Origin: a virus
Taxonomy: Duplodnaviria > Caudoviricetes
DNA length: 33,608 nt
Direction: 5' to 3' (one strand)
Virus record (IMG/VR): IMGVR_UViG_3300032232_001065
Location: 1-33,608 of that record
The position numbers and the translations under genes were made by a program. Positions 1-8,612 of the stretch are shown here, in pieces (position 1 is the stretch's first letter; each line of letters starts with the position of its first letter). Under the pieces are notes generated by a model. It was not told where the DNA came from, did no database searches, and saw only the letters and a program-made list of their open reading frames with translations.

Positions 1-123
1 AAATGGGCGGGCGGCACTGCTCCAACTCTGACATCGACATCCGGCAAGGTGGACAGCTTTGCGTTCTTTACCTCAGATGGTGGAACGAATTGGCAGGGTT
101 ATATTGGAGGTCAAAACTTCTAA
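1..123 (+). CDS. C-terminal fragment of tail/virion fibre protein (probable continuation of 32344-33608)
   Basis: Frame 1 reads KWAGGTAPTLTSTSGKVDSFAFFTSDGGTNWQGYIGGQNF*, a typical phage fibre C-terminal domain ending. Its TAA overlaps the next ATG (TAATG, 121-125). Not in the ORF track. Confidence 0.8.
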   Translation, partial: KWAGGTAPTLTSTSGKVDSFAFFTSDGGTNWQGYIGGQNF

Positions 124-866
124 TGCTAGCCAACATAATCAGGAATGCCAAAAAGACTCCGTCTGCCACAGACCCAAACTTTAGCCTGGTATCGCTCCTG
201 CTCCACATGGATGGTGCTGAAGGTGGCACGGCTTTTACTGATAATTCGGCAAATGCACTGACGGTAACATCGAGTAGTGTGACCACCACAAGTACCGGGG
301 CGAAAAGCGGGTTTGGACAGGCCGGGGATTTTCCGGGATCATCCAGTTCCGCATTAACTATTCCTGGGTCAAGCGTGTTTAATTTTGGTACAGGCAATTT
401 TACTATCGAATTCTGGTTTAATATTCCAGCAGGGGCTAGCGGGAGTCCTTTTGGTAAAACCTTCGTATCAAACGAGAATAATGTTTGGTCAGCCGGAGCA
501 TTCTCGCTTTATGCGCTGGCATCGTCTACGCAGTTCAGACCTTCATTTTGGATCAACGAATTCTCTGGAAGCGTCCCGATATTAATTCCATCCAGCGGCG
601 ACTACAGAGACGGGAACTGGCATCACTTTGCTATTGTTCGCAATGGTAGTGCTTTTGCTATGTACATCGACGGTTCACTAGCTGCAAGCGGTACGCACTC
701 AGGAAATTGCGGATCAAGCACAAGAAATTTGATGATTGGCGACAATTTAGCCAACAACAGTGGTGACCGCAACTTCCTAGGGAAATTAGACGACCTCCGC
801 ATCACCAAATACGCTCGATATACATCAGCATTCACGCCACCCGCAACCGCATTCCCCAACGCATAA
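123..866 (+). CDS. LamG/concanavalin A-like lectin domain virion protein (putative receptor binding)
   Basis: Motifs VSLLLHMDG, NFTIEFW, WHHFAIVRNG, YIDG, FLGKLDDLRITK. The start is moved to ATG 123 because of coupling to the upstream stop. Confidence 0.8.
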   Translation: MLANIIRNAKKTPSATDPNFSLVSLLLHMDGAEGGTAFTDNSANALTVTSSSVTTTSTGAKSGFGQAGDFPGSSSSALTIPGSSVFNFGTGNFTIEFWFNIPAGASGSPFGKTFVSNENNVWSAGAFSLYALASSTQFRPSFWINEFSGSVPILIPSSGDYRDGNWHHFAIVRNGSAFAMYIDGSLAASGTHSGNCGSSTRNLMIGDNLANNSGDRNFLGKLDDLRITKYARYTSAFTPPATAFPNA

Positions 867-875
867 GGAGCAATC

Positions 876-1442
876 ATGCAGTATTGCCAAGTATCGCCGA
901 ACGGTCAGATTTCAGGCCCACAGTGGCTACCACAGTCATTCACGACTGTATCCAATTTCAACGCTTTGGACGATGCGTCTCTAGCCACCTACGGCTATTA
1001 CCCATACACCTCGTCGCCCATACCATCGTTTAACCCTGCCACACAGCGACTTTCCCAGAGCTTTGCTTTCGATGGCACATCTGTGAGCGATACGTGGACG
1101 GTCATTAATCTGACAGCCGAAGAACAACAGGCTTATGTAATTCAAAGGCTCACCGAGATCGGCAACGGTATCGGCTCATTTCTTGATCAAGCGGTGTCCG
1201 TAAAGCAATATGACAGCATTCTTTCAGCCACAAGCTGGACGCTCTCTAACATCACAACATACAAGTCTGAAGGTGATGCCGCAATCGCTTATCGCGACTC
1301 GATCTGGAGCTTGTTTTACAACATGGTTCAGGCTGTCCAAGCGGGTACGCAAGCTGTACCAACAGTGGGCGAGTTCTTTGCATCCCTGCCACCTCTCTGG
1401 CCTATCAACAACGGCAACGGAACAGCTAACGGGCCAATCTGA
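876..1442 (+). CDS. Putative tail fibre assembly/accessory protein
   Basis: Good SD (AAGGAG). GYYPY...FNPATQRL and YDSILSATSW...AIAYRDSIW patterns resemble fibre-associated chaperone-like proteins. Follows the fibre genes. Confidence 0.55.
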   Translation: MQYCQVSPNGQISGPQWLPQSFTTVSNFNALDDASLATYGYYPYTSSPIPSFNPATQRLSQSFAFDGTSVSDTWTVINLTAEEQQAYVIQRLTEIGNGIGSFLDQAVSVKQYDSILSATSWTLSNITTYKSEGDAAIAYRDSIWSLFYNMVQAVQAGTQAVPTVGEFFASLPPLWPINNGNGTANGPI

Positions 1443-1648
1443 TGACTTTCAGTGCTGCCGCAAAGAACTTCGTGTTTTTGATCACGGTTGCAATCGTGCT
1501 GCTGTTGGTCGATCTGGTCAAGTGGCAGATGGGCGAAATGACGTGGTCTGAAGCGATTTGGGAAGTCAACCAGCACTCTCTAGGCTTTGCGCTGGGAATA
1601 GGCGTTGTCCTGGGCCACTGCTTCACCGTTCCAAGAGGTATCAAATGA
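1442..1648 (+). CDS. Small two-TM membrane protein (holin-like candidate)
   Basis: Two hydrophobic segments; TGATG coupling. Confidence 0.55.
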   Translation: MTFSAAAKNFVFLITVAIVLLLVDLVKWQMGEMTWSEAIWEVNQHSLGFALGIGVVLGHCFTVPRGIK

Positions 1649-1998
1649 GTCCAGTGGTTAACTACACCTACGCAGCTCGGCTTGAGCGAATCATCGACGG
1701 TGATACGGCTGTCCTGCTGATCGACCTCGGCTTTGATGTCGCCACAACCCAACACGTGAGATTCAAGGGCTATAACGCCCCAGAAATGCACAAAGCTCAC
1801 GCAGCAGACGGCATACGAGCAAAAGCCGAACTGGAAATGCTGCTTTCGGGCAAACAATTAGTGATCACAACAACGCAAGACTTCCAGCAGACCTTTGCCA
1901 GATACTTGGCTGATGTTTATGTGATCCACCAGACAGGCATTGAGTCTGTCTCAGAACACATGATTCAGGCTGGTTTTAACGTACCACAAGGGGACTGA
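1645..1998 (+). CDS. Staphylococcal nuclease (SNase/thermonuclease)-like protein
   Basis: IIDGDT, VRFKGYNAPEM and FARYLADVY motifs; ATGA overlap gives start 1645. Confidence 0.8.
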   Translation: MSPVVNYTYAARLERIIDGDTAVLLIDLGFDVATTQHVRFKGYNAPEMHKAHAADGIRAKAELEMLLSGKQLVITTTQDFQQTFARYLADVYVIHQTGIESVSEHMIQAGFNVPQGD

Positions 1999-1999
1999 T

Positions 2000-2221
2000 A
2001 TGCAACCGAACTGGATTGGCCAAATCAACTCGATGCAAGCCAAAGCGATCATCATCCGCATGGCTCTGGTAGGTGCGGTTTCCGCACTTGGCGTCTTGAG
2101 CCAAAACCTTGACTCCATCGTTGCAACGACCAGCCCTTTGGGCATGGCTTTGGCGTTTGGGATTGCCCAAGCAATTTACTACCTGAACTCTGGCCAATTG
2201 CCACCAGCTCCAAAGGGTTGA
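2000..2221 (+). CDS. Two-TM membrane protein (holin-like candidate)
   Basis: Two hydrophobic helices; tight operon packing. Confidence 0.55.
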   Translation: MQPNWIGQINSMQAKAIIIRMALVGAVSALGVLSQNLDSIVATTSPLGMALAFGIAQAIYYLNSGQLPPAPKG

Positions 2222-2226
2222 TCTAA

Positions 2227-2412
2227 ATGCGAATCGAGGAAATTGTGAATCCAGATTATGGATGGATTGTGCCAGTGGCTCAAATCGTCACAGATAAAGC
2301 CGTGCAAGGCAGTTCAATTGATTCTTCGATTCCGCAAACCATGTACGCGATGGCCGCAATCATCTACGCAATCGCAGCTTACCGCAGGTCTCTCAGAGAC
2401 CCGAAGAAGTGA
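2227..2412 (+). CDS. Small membrane protein
   Basis: C-terminal hydrophobic helix followed by a basic tail (RRSLRDPKK). Confidence 0.5.
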   Translation: MRIEEIVNPDYGWIVPVAQIVTDKAVQGSSIDSSIPQTMYAMAAIIYAIAAYRRSLRDPKK

Positions 2413-2428
2413 GCAGTCTCCCCGCCTA

Positions 2429-2524
2429 CCGTCTCACCGTCGAGAGGACAGGCGAGACGGTTACCATTTTCCTGACGTCAGGAAAATGGTTGACAGATGT
2501 CCCCGAAATCTGTTTCGGGGACAT
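2429..2524. repeat. Three adjacent inverted repeats, including a perfect 28-bp palindrome
   Basis: CCGTCTC...GAGACGG (2429-2460); ACCATTTTCCTGAC/GTCAGGAAAATGGT (2463-2490); ATGTCCCCGAAA-TCTG-TTTCGGGGACAT (2497-2524). Confidence 0.9.
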
Positions 2525-2554
2525 ACCCTAAACCCAAGAGAGGTAAGGTGATCC

Positions 2555-2779
2555 TTGTTCGCAGAGTTCATGATCTATACGGCTCAATCCTGTCAGTCTG
2601 GCCAGTGTTCAAAGCAGACAGTGACCACAACGACCATCAAAACCGTGACCGTCACAGAATCGCCAAAAACGGCTCCTGTGCTCTTCCTCGCTCCTGAACG
2701 TCCAAAACGACGACTGGCACTTCCACGGCTCTTCCAAGGCCCAACAGTGATCGTGTGTGGAAACGGTGCGTGCAAATGA
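2555..2779 (+). CDS. Small Cys-motif hypothetical protein
   Basis: CQSGQC and CGNGAC motifs at the two ends; stop overlaps the next ATG; start uncertain. Confidence 0.5.
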   Translation: MFAEFMIYTAQSCQSGQCSKQTVTTTTIKTVTVTESPKTAPVLFLAPERPKRRLALPRLFQGPTVIVCGNGACK

Positions 2780-2964
2780 TTTCAAAGATCATCATCCGCC
2801 TGCTCACTCCGATCATCGTGGAGGTGATCCGCGAACTGCTCTCGAAGCTGGCCAACGGTGAGCTGGTAAGCATCGACGAGACCAGTGTCAAAGCTGCGAT
2901 GAACCAGCGTGAAGAGTCGATTCAGGCACAGCTCAAATCTGTTCAATGGGAGGTTGGCCTGTGA
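2776..2964 (+). CDS. Hypothetical protein with amphipathic N-terminus
   Basis: ATGA overlap at the start; GTGA overlap at the end. Confidence 0.55.
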   Translation: MISKIIIRLLTPIIVEVIRELLSKLANGELVSIDETSVKAAMNQREESIQAQLKSVQWEVGL

Positions 2965-3455
2965 TCGGACTTCTGATCGCAGTTCTACTCGCACAACAGC
3001 CTGTTCCCTCGACTCTAGTTCCGCCAGCAGCCGAGGAACGGGTGGTGTTTTCACACGCTGGATTCACCTACTTTGTGGGCAAGTCAAGCGGATCGGTTGT
3101 CGCCATCGAACAGGGTGGTGTTCGACCAGTACCGCCGCCAGTGCCAGACGAAGATGAGAAACCTCAACCTGTCGCTGGCATCAAGTGGTTCAGTGTTGTT
3201 GTGGATGAATCCAAACCGGAGCAGCAGTCATGGCGAACCGACCCAGAGATTCGCAAGTTACTGGAAAGTCGTGGGATTCAGTACAGATCGTACATCGCAG
3301 GGGAAGTGGACATCGAAAGACTCGGGTTTCAAACCACCGTTGGTCAGATAGGTTTACCGACCGTCATTTTGCAGGATCAGGCAGGAAAGATCGTCAAGTC
3401 TACGAGTCCTCAGACCAAGGCTGACATTATCAAGCTGGTGGAGGTGATCAAGTGA
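2961..3455 (+). CDS. Exported/membrane-anchored protein with Pro-rich linker and possible thioredoxin-like C-terminal fold
   Basis: Hydrophobic N-terminus, PVPPPVPD linker, C-terminal GLPTVILQDQAGKIV pattern; no CxxC. Confidence 0.55.
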   Translation: MIGLLIAVLLAQQPVPSTLVPPAAEERVVFSHAGFTYFVGKSSGSVVAIEQGGVRPVPPPVPDEDEKPQPVAGIKWFSVVVDESKPEQQSWRTDPEIRKLLESRGIQYRSYIAGEVDIERLGFQTTVGQIGLPTVILQDQAGKIVKSTSPQTKADIIKLVEVIK

Positions 3456-4243
3456 GCAATCTGCTTGGATGGGTGACACCTGACGGCGAGCTGAGATATT
3501 TGGGAAGCCATGAATCTACGCTCATGCTGGCCACTGGCAAGCAACTCCCAGATATTCCCGAAAGCGAATGGGAAGAATTCGACCTGAGAACAGACGAGAA
3601 GTATCCGGTCAAGATTAAAGACCAGAACGGCAAAGGGGCTTGCAATGGCCATGCAGCGGCAAGCAGTCTGGAAATCGCTCGGTACGTTTCTGGCGCTGCT
3701 TATGTCGCTCTCAGTCCTTGGCTCGTCTATGCTGATCTATGCAATGGTTGGGACGTTGGATCGAATATTGCGGAAGCTCTGGTCTACCTTGAAAACAAAG
3801 GGACTTGCTCTGAGCCACTGGTTCCGTATGCGACAATTAACCCTTCACGAATTTCTCAGTCGGCCAGAGATGACGCCAAGCGGTTCAAAGTTGAGATCGG
3901 ATACAGACTCAACACTTTCAACGATTTATGTATTGCCGCACAGCTCCGAATGCCATTTAACTTTTCTGTCCCGGTCAACGCCAACTTTAACGTCCTCGAC
4001 AAAGATGGAGTCCCAGGCAACCGAGCTGGCTCCCACAACCATGCTGTCACAGGTGGCATGGGAATGAAGCGAATGCCCAACGGCAAATGGGCGATCCTAA
4101 TGCAAAACTCGTGGGGAACCCGCTGGGGCTGGAATGGCTACTGCTGGATCATAGATCGTAATGTGGCCGGAACCAGCTGGGATGCTTACTGCGTTAGCGC
4201 GACTGTAGCCGATCCGAATAACTTACCTCCAGTGCTTGCATAA
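3452..4243 (+). CDS. Papain-like cysteine peptidase (family C1)
   Basis: KDQNGKGACNGHA (oxyanion Gln, catalytic Cys), NHAV (His), QNSWGTRWGWNGY (Asn). Confidence 0.9.
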   Translation: MSNLLGWVTPDGELRYLGSHESTLMLATGKQLPDIPESEWEEFDLRTDEKYPVKIKDQNGKGACNGHAAASSLEIARYVSGAAYVALSPWLVYADLCNGWDVGSNIAEALVYLENKGTCSEPLVPYATINPSRISQSARDDAKRFKVEIGYRLNTFNDLCIAAQLRMPFNFSVPVNANFNVLDKDGVPGNRAGSHNHAVTGGMGMKRMPNGKWAILMQNSWGTRWGWNGYCWIIDRNVAGTSWDAYCVSATVADPNNLPPVLA

Positions 4244-4251
4244 ATCGCACA

Positions 4252-5163
4252 TTGAAACGCAAAACACCTAAGAGCAGGCTCAATGCCATGCCAACCGGCA
4301 CGGAATTGGAGCGTATTGCCCGCCGGATCCTCACGGAGCTGGGCAACAACGTGGCAAAACCGTGGCTGGCGATTTACGACCGAAAAAAGGAAGCCGATCC
4401 ATTCACGGCTCCACTTGATATGGCTGGTCAATTTATCCCAGTAATCGAAGCATGGATCGACGAATCAGGCCGGTCCTTTCTGGTGTCACTTGGCCAACAA
4501 GATGCCGATCAATGGTTGGTCCGTGCTCCAGAAGTGATTGAGGCCGCACGCAATGCCACGCTGGACCTCTGTCAGGAGACGATCGACCAATTCACCAGCG
4601 ATACACTTCGCACTTTGGAAGGCATGCGGGCTGATATCGCAGCATCCATTGAGGCGGGTGAAACGGCTGGCGAATTGACCAACCGAATCAGCACATGGAT
4701 CAAGGACAACGCTCGATGGCGAGCACGGCGCATTGCAATCACTGAATCAGCACGAGCCTATAACACCGGCCTGACAAGTGCTGCTGAGGGGCTGGACTTT
4801 ATCGCCGGTTGGGAACTGCTCCTGTCCGGTGATGCCTGCCCGATGTGCCAAATGATCTTTAGGCTATGTCCGGTCATTCCCAAGGGCGGCACTTTTGGCA
4901 CGAACGGTAAGAATAAGACATACAAAGACCTTAAATTTCCACCATTCCACCCTGGTTGCCGGTGTTCGCTCTTGGAAGTCTTTGAAGATGAGATGCCCAA
5001 GAATCTGAAGCCACCTGTCAGGCCTGGCGAGAACGGATACCTACAGCCTTCAGACATCGACTTCGCAGCGGCTGAAGAGGCTGGATATCAATCGGTTGCA
5101 GTTGGGAACGCGAAATCATTCACAAAAACGGGCCGGATATTGGAGGCTGACAATGATCACTAA
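4252..5163 (+). CDS. Phage head morphogenesis protein, MuF/SPP1 gp7 family
   Basis: RARRIAITESARAYN, CPMC and PPFHPGCRC motifs; start uncertain. Confidence 0.85.
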   Translation: MKRKTPKSRLNAMPTGTELERIARRILTELGNNVAKPWLAIYDRKKEADPFTAPLDMAGQFIPVIEAWIDESGRSFLVSLGQQDADQWLVRAPEVIEAARNATLDLCQETIDQFTSDTLRTLEGMRADIAASIEAGETAGELTNRISTWIKDNARWRARRIAITESARAYNTGLTSAAEGLDFIAGWELLLSGDACPMCQMIFRLCPVIPKGGTFGTNGKNKTYKDLKFPPFHPGCRCSLLEVFEDEMPKNLKPPVRPGENGYLQPSDIDFAAAEEAGYQSVAVGNAKSFTKTGRILEADNDH

Positions 5164-5788
5164 ATCGACTGATTCCGGCATCACAAAAAGCGATACAGGC
5201 GGCTTTGTGGGCTATGCTGCCCGCTTCCTCAACATCGACCGCCAAGGCGATATCATTTTGCCTGGTGCGTTTCAGAAGTCCATTCAAGACTTTATGGACT
5301 CAGGTGGTTTGGTCCTGTCTGACCACGAAAACAAGACATCAGCCGTGATTGGCACGTTGAATGATGCGACCGAAGACCGATCCGGTTTGAAAGTGGATGT
5401 CACATTTTCCGCCACAAAAGCCGGTCAGGATATCCGGACTCTGCTCCGCGAAAAAGCGGTTCGCAAGATGTCGATTTCATTTCTGGCGAGACAGCCAGAA
5501 CGATTGAGCAAAAAGCAGGTCTCAGACCTATGGGACCGGTACGGATACAAGCCAAACGCAAGTCAAATCAGGCTCGCCGAAAAGGGTGCAAACCTGATCA
5601 AAGAAGTATCGGAGATTATCGAAGTCTCAGTGGTGCCAATCCCGGCCAACGCTGACGCTTCGATTATCAGCGTGAAATCGCTATCCGACGATGAGACACC
5701 GACCCCGGTGGTGGATGCCAAGCACCTGACGAAATTGTTTCGCCAGGCGGAATTGGCTGATTCGATATTGACCGCCGCCAAGCGGTAA
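5153..5788 (+). CDS. HK97-family prohead protease
   Basis: GYAARF..DRQGDIILPGAF, LSDH, MSISF and EVSVVPIPAN motifs; SD GGAGG before ATG 5153. Confidence 0.92.
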   Translation: MITKSTDSGITKSDTGGFVGYAARFLNIDRQGDIILPGAFQKSIQDFMDSGGLVLSDHENKTSAVIGTLNDATEDRSGLKVDVTFSATKAGQDIRTLLREKAVRKMSISFLARQPERLSKKQVSDLWDRYGYKPNASQIRLAEKGANLIKEVSEIIEVSVVPIPANADASIISVKSLSDDETPTPVVDAKHLTKLFRQAELADSILTAAKR

Positions 5789-5804
5789 ACGAAAGGTTCT
5801 TAAG

Positions 5805-7232
5805 ATGAGTATTGCAAACGAAATCCGCTCTGCGGCATCCATTGCCGAAGACCGCATCGCACTCGCTTCCAGCGTGATTGCATTGCGTGACGAAATCCTG
5901 GCCGCTCCCGACGATGTTCGGGCCGAGAAGTCTGCCGACCTGCAAGCCGCCAACGATCGGCTTGAAGCCTGTGATAAAGAATATTATCTGGTGAAGGCTG
6001 TTGAAAACGCCAACGCCATGATCGAAAGCCTGTCGGCCAAGCCACAGCGCCCACAGCCAACCTACAAGGCGGCCACAATCGACCGTCGCAGTGGTCAGGT
6101 GATTGACGGTGGCGACCTTGCCAGCCTGACAGACGCTGAAGCGGTTTCCTCTCGTGATTATAGCAAGGCGTTTGAAGGGCTTCTGGAAGCCCGTGGGAAC
6201 GTCGATCGGGTGACGAGTCGCAATCACCGCGACATGCTCGAAAGATACGGTAAAGGTGGTGACAGGAACCTTGGTTGGAATGAATTCTTTATTCCGTTCA
6301 GCAAGGCGATGACTTTGGCATCGTCCACAAACGGTTCCAATGCTGTCGCCCCAGACTTCCGTTTTGATGTGATCACGCAACGCTCGGTCACACCGAAGGC
6401 ATTGCAACTCTGTCGAGTGATCACGACCAACGTATCCAGCGTCACGTTCCCAAAGAATACCGACACCAACACGGACAGTGGCCGCGTCGGTACTATCGGC
6501 ACCAACAACCGTCCAACAAAGGGCGAAAGCCCAACAGCCACGGCGATCGACACCGGTCCGTTCTCGCAGCTCACCATCACCGCCAAGACTGGTACGATGG
6601 TCCAAGACATTTCGGCTGACTTCTTCCAAGATGCGCCGGGAATGTCCAGCTACCTGCAACAAGAGTCGAGCAAATTGTTCGCCAACCGAATTGATAAGGA
6701 AGTCTTTTCGGCGACCACGCTTTCTGACTCACTGGAAGCCATTCTGGCCAACACCGGAATCGGCACCCAGCTTTCAGGCACATCGGCAAGCCTCGGCACT
6801 GACAATGCCAAGGTTTATGACAACATGGCTGACCTGTTCTTCTCGTTCAAGGAGAGCTACGCCAGCAACCTTTCATGGGTGATGAACCGTGCAACGCATG
6901 GCAAGCTGTATAAGGTCAAGGACTCCCAAGGTCTTCCTTTGCTTTCAGCTTTTCAGCAAGGCACATTCTCTAATTCGCCGAGCTATCAAATGTTCGGTAT
7001 TCCGGTGAGCTACGTTGAGTACATGCCAGCTTCTGGCGCAGCCAATGCCCGCTCGATCCTGATTGGTGATTTCCAAGAGTATTACTTGCTCGTTCGCCAA
7101 GGCTTCACCGTCATCATTGATGACATGTCGAAGCAAGGTGATAACCTCATCCGGCTGAATTACAAGTACCGCATCGGCGGTGCTGTTCGAGATGCCAGCG
7201 CATTCGCCAGCCTCAAAGAAGCCGTTTCCTGA
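5805..7232 (+). CDS. HK97-fold major capsid protein
   Basis: Coiled-coil N-terminal delta-like domain; WVMN, KVKDSQGLPL, FGIPV, GDFQEY and RIGGAV motifs; follows the protease. Confidence 0.93.
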   Translation: MSIANEIRSAASIAEDRIALASSVIALRDEILAAPDDVRAEKSADLQAANDRLEACDKEYYLVKAVENANAMIESLSAKPQRPQPTYKAATIDRRSGQVIDGGDLASLTDAEAVSSRDYSKAFEGLLEARGNVDRVTSRNHRDMLERYGKGGDRNLGWNEFFIPFSKAMTLASSTNGSNAVAPDFRFDVITQRSVTPKALQLCRVITTNVSSVTFPKNTDTNTDSGRVGTIGTNNRPTKGESPTATAIDTGPFSQLTITAKTGTMVQDISADFFQDAPGMSSYLQQESSKLFANRIDKEVFSATTLSDSLEAILANTGIGTQLSGTSASLGTDNAKVYDNMADLFFSFKESYASNLSWVMNRATHGKLYKVKDSQGLPLLSAFQQGTFSNSPSYQMFGIPVSYVEYMPASGAANARSILIGDFQEYYLLVRQGFTVIIDDMSKQGDNLIRLNYKYRIGGAVRDASAFASLKEAVS

Positions 7233-7250
7233 GTTTGGTTTTGTTGGTCA

Positions 7251-7287
7251 GCCCGGCGGGTCCTCCCTGCCCGCCGGGTCTCATTTT
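7251..7287 (+). terminator. GC-rich hairpin/likely intrinsic terminator after the capsid gene
   Basis: GCCCGGCGGG-TCCTCCCTG-CCCGCCGGGT followed by CTCATTTT (imperfect U tract). Confidence 0.6.
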
Positions 7288-7303
7288 AACTTGAGGTAAA
7301 ACA

Positions 7304-7642
7304 ATGGCCGCATATATATCGCAATCTGAAGCAACAACCTACACCGATGTCATCGGCACCTGGAACGCTGCCTCTGCCGTGGCCTACCTGTCAGCAGCAT
7401 CGTCATTGATCGACCAGTATTGTGCCCGCACTTTTCTGCCTGCTGACCTCACTGCCGATGTCAAATTGGCGATTGCACTAACTGCGGTACACCTGAAAAA
7501 CAATGGTCAGAATCCGGCGCCGATCCAGATGGAACGCATCGGTGACTACTCCGCAATGTATCAAGTCTTAAACGCCGGAAGCGTGCTACCAGCACTTGTG
7601 ACACAGCTATTGCAGCCTTACAGAGTGGTGGTGATGGGATGA
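7304..7642 (+). CDS. Head-tail connector (gp6/gp15-like)
   Basis: ASSLIDQYCARTF, DVKLAI, ERIGDYS, LLQPYR; position after the capsid gene. Confidence 0.8.
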   Translation: MAAYISQSEATTYTDVIGTWNAASAVAYLSAASSLIDQYCARTFLPADLTADVKLAIALTAVHLKNNGQNPAPIQMERIGDYSAMYQVLNAGSVLPALVTQLLQPYRVVVMG

Positions 7643-8247
7643 TTAACACTTCATTTAAATTGCACTGGCGAGGCCCACAATACGAGGCACGCCTACAGAA
7701 AGAAATGTCGCAAGCTATTCGAACCTCCGCTGGCAAGGTGCGAAACGCGGCTGTCAAATTGCTGAACGTGACAGGAAAAGCGGCCACCAGAGATTTGAAT
7801 AAGCAGACCGGCAAGGCTTTCAAGGGCATGACGGCGACCGAAAAGAACGACAAGATTTATCAAGACGGGCTTGGCAAGATCGACGGCCTGAAAACGGTCA
7901 AGGGCAAGAAAAAGACCATGAAGTTTGGCGGGTCCGCCGGTGGTGTCAACCGAATCTACTGGTACGATTCGCCCGTAAACCGTTGGGTGACTGCCTCGGA
8001 ACCGGGAACGCCGCCACACAAACAGAGTGGGACGCTGCAACAGATCTCCATCGAAACGGCTCGCGGCGGAATGTCTGCTAAGGTTGGGCCACGTTACGGA
8101 CTAATTTACGCAAGAATTCAAGAACTCGGCGGCAAAGGGATGGTCAACCTCGCTCCCCGACCGTACATGCGGCCCGCATTCATCTCCTGCCTGGGCGAAA
8201 TACAGGTACTCATTCAGACGGCTATCGTTAAAGCAGGCAAGAAATGA
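7639..8247 (+). CDS. HK97 gp10-like tail completion/neck protein
   Basis: Basic protein with SEPGTPPHKQSGTL, YARIQELG and APRPYMRPA. Confidence 0.8.
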   Translation: MINTSFKLHWRGPQYEARLQKEMSQAIRTSAGKVRNAAVKLLNVTGKAATRDLNKQTGKAFKGMTATEKNDKIYQDGLGKIDGLKTVKGKKKTMKFGGSAGGVNRIYWYDSPVNRWVTASEPGTPPHKQSGTLQQISIETARGGMSAKVGPRYGLIYARIQELGGKGMVNLAPRPYMRPAFISCLGEIQVLIQTAIVKAGKK

Positions 8248-8612
8248 ATTTTCCGGAGCGACTGCTTAACGCAACAGCCACAATCTACCGGGAAGTGAAC
8301 GCCAAAGGCTCGCTTGGGCAAGTGACGCAGACGCTCGTAGCCGTGGTGTCAACACGGTGCCGGGTGGACCAGAAAAGCACCACACGCTCCGTGGCCGGCG
8401 GCAGCTTTGAACAGACTTCAGGCCGATACACTGTCTATCTCCCAGGCGTCCAAGCTCAGCCAATTGAGGAGAGTTACTGGATCAAGGTCACGACCGGAAT
8501 CGGCATCACATTTACAGCCCAAATTGCATCTGTCAGACTCCCAGCCATGCTTGACCATCACACGGAACTCGAAGTGGTCAGGCGAGCCCCAGCACTGGAG
8601 GTTCCTGTTTGA
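8244..8612 (+). CDS. Head closure/stopper (SPP1 gp16-like)
   Basis: TIYR...GQV...CRV and HHTELEV; position in the neck module. Confidence 0.65.
   Translation: MNFPERLLNATATIYREVNAKGSLGQVTQTLVAVVSTRCRVDQKSTTRSVAGGSFEQTSGRYTVYLPGVQAQPIEESYWIKVTTGIGITFTAQIASVRLPAMLDHHTELEVVRRAPALEVPV

Noticed and set aside
3-122. N-terminal 40 codons of ORF 3..866
   Set aside because: Frame 1 here encodes a recognisable fibre C-terminus whose stop overlaps ATG 123, the more likely start.
2258-2697. ORFs 2258..2551 and 2497..2697 crossing the palindromes
   Set aside because: They overlap better-supported genes and have no convincing protein features; cannot be fully excluded.
5667-6662. 331-aa minus-strand ORF
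   Set aside because: Antisense shadow of the protease and capsid genes, with no motifs.
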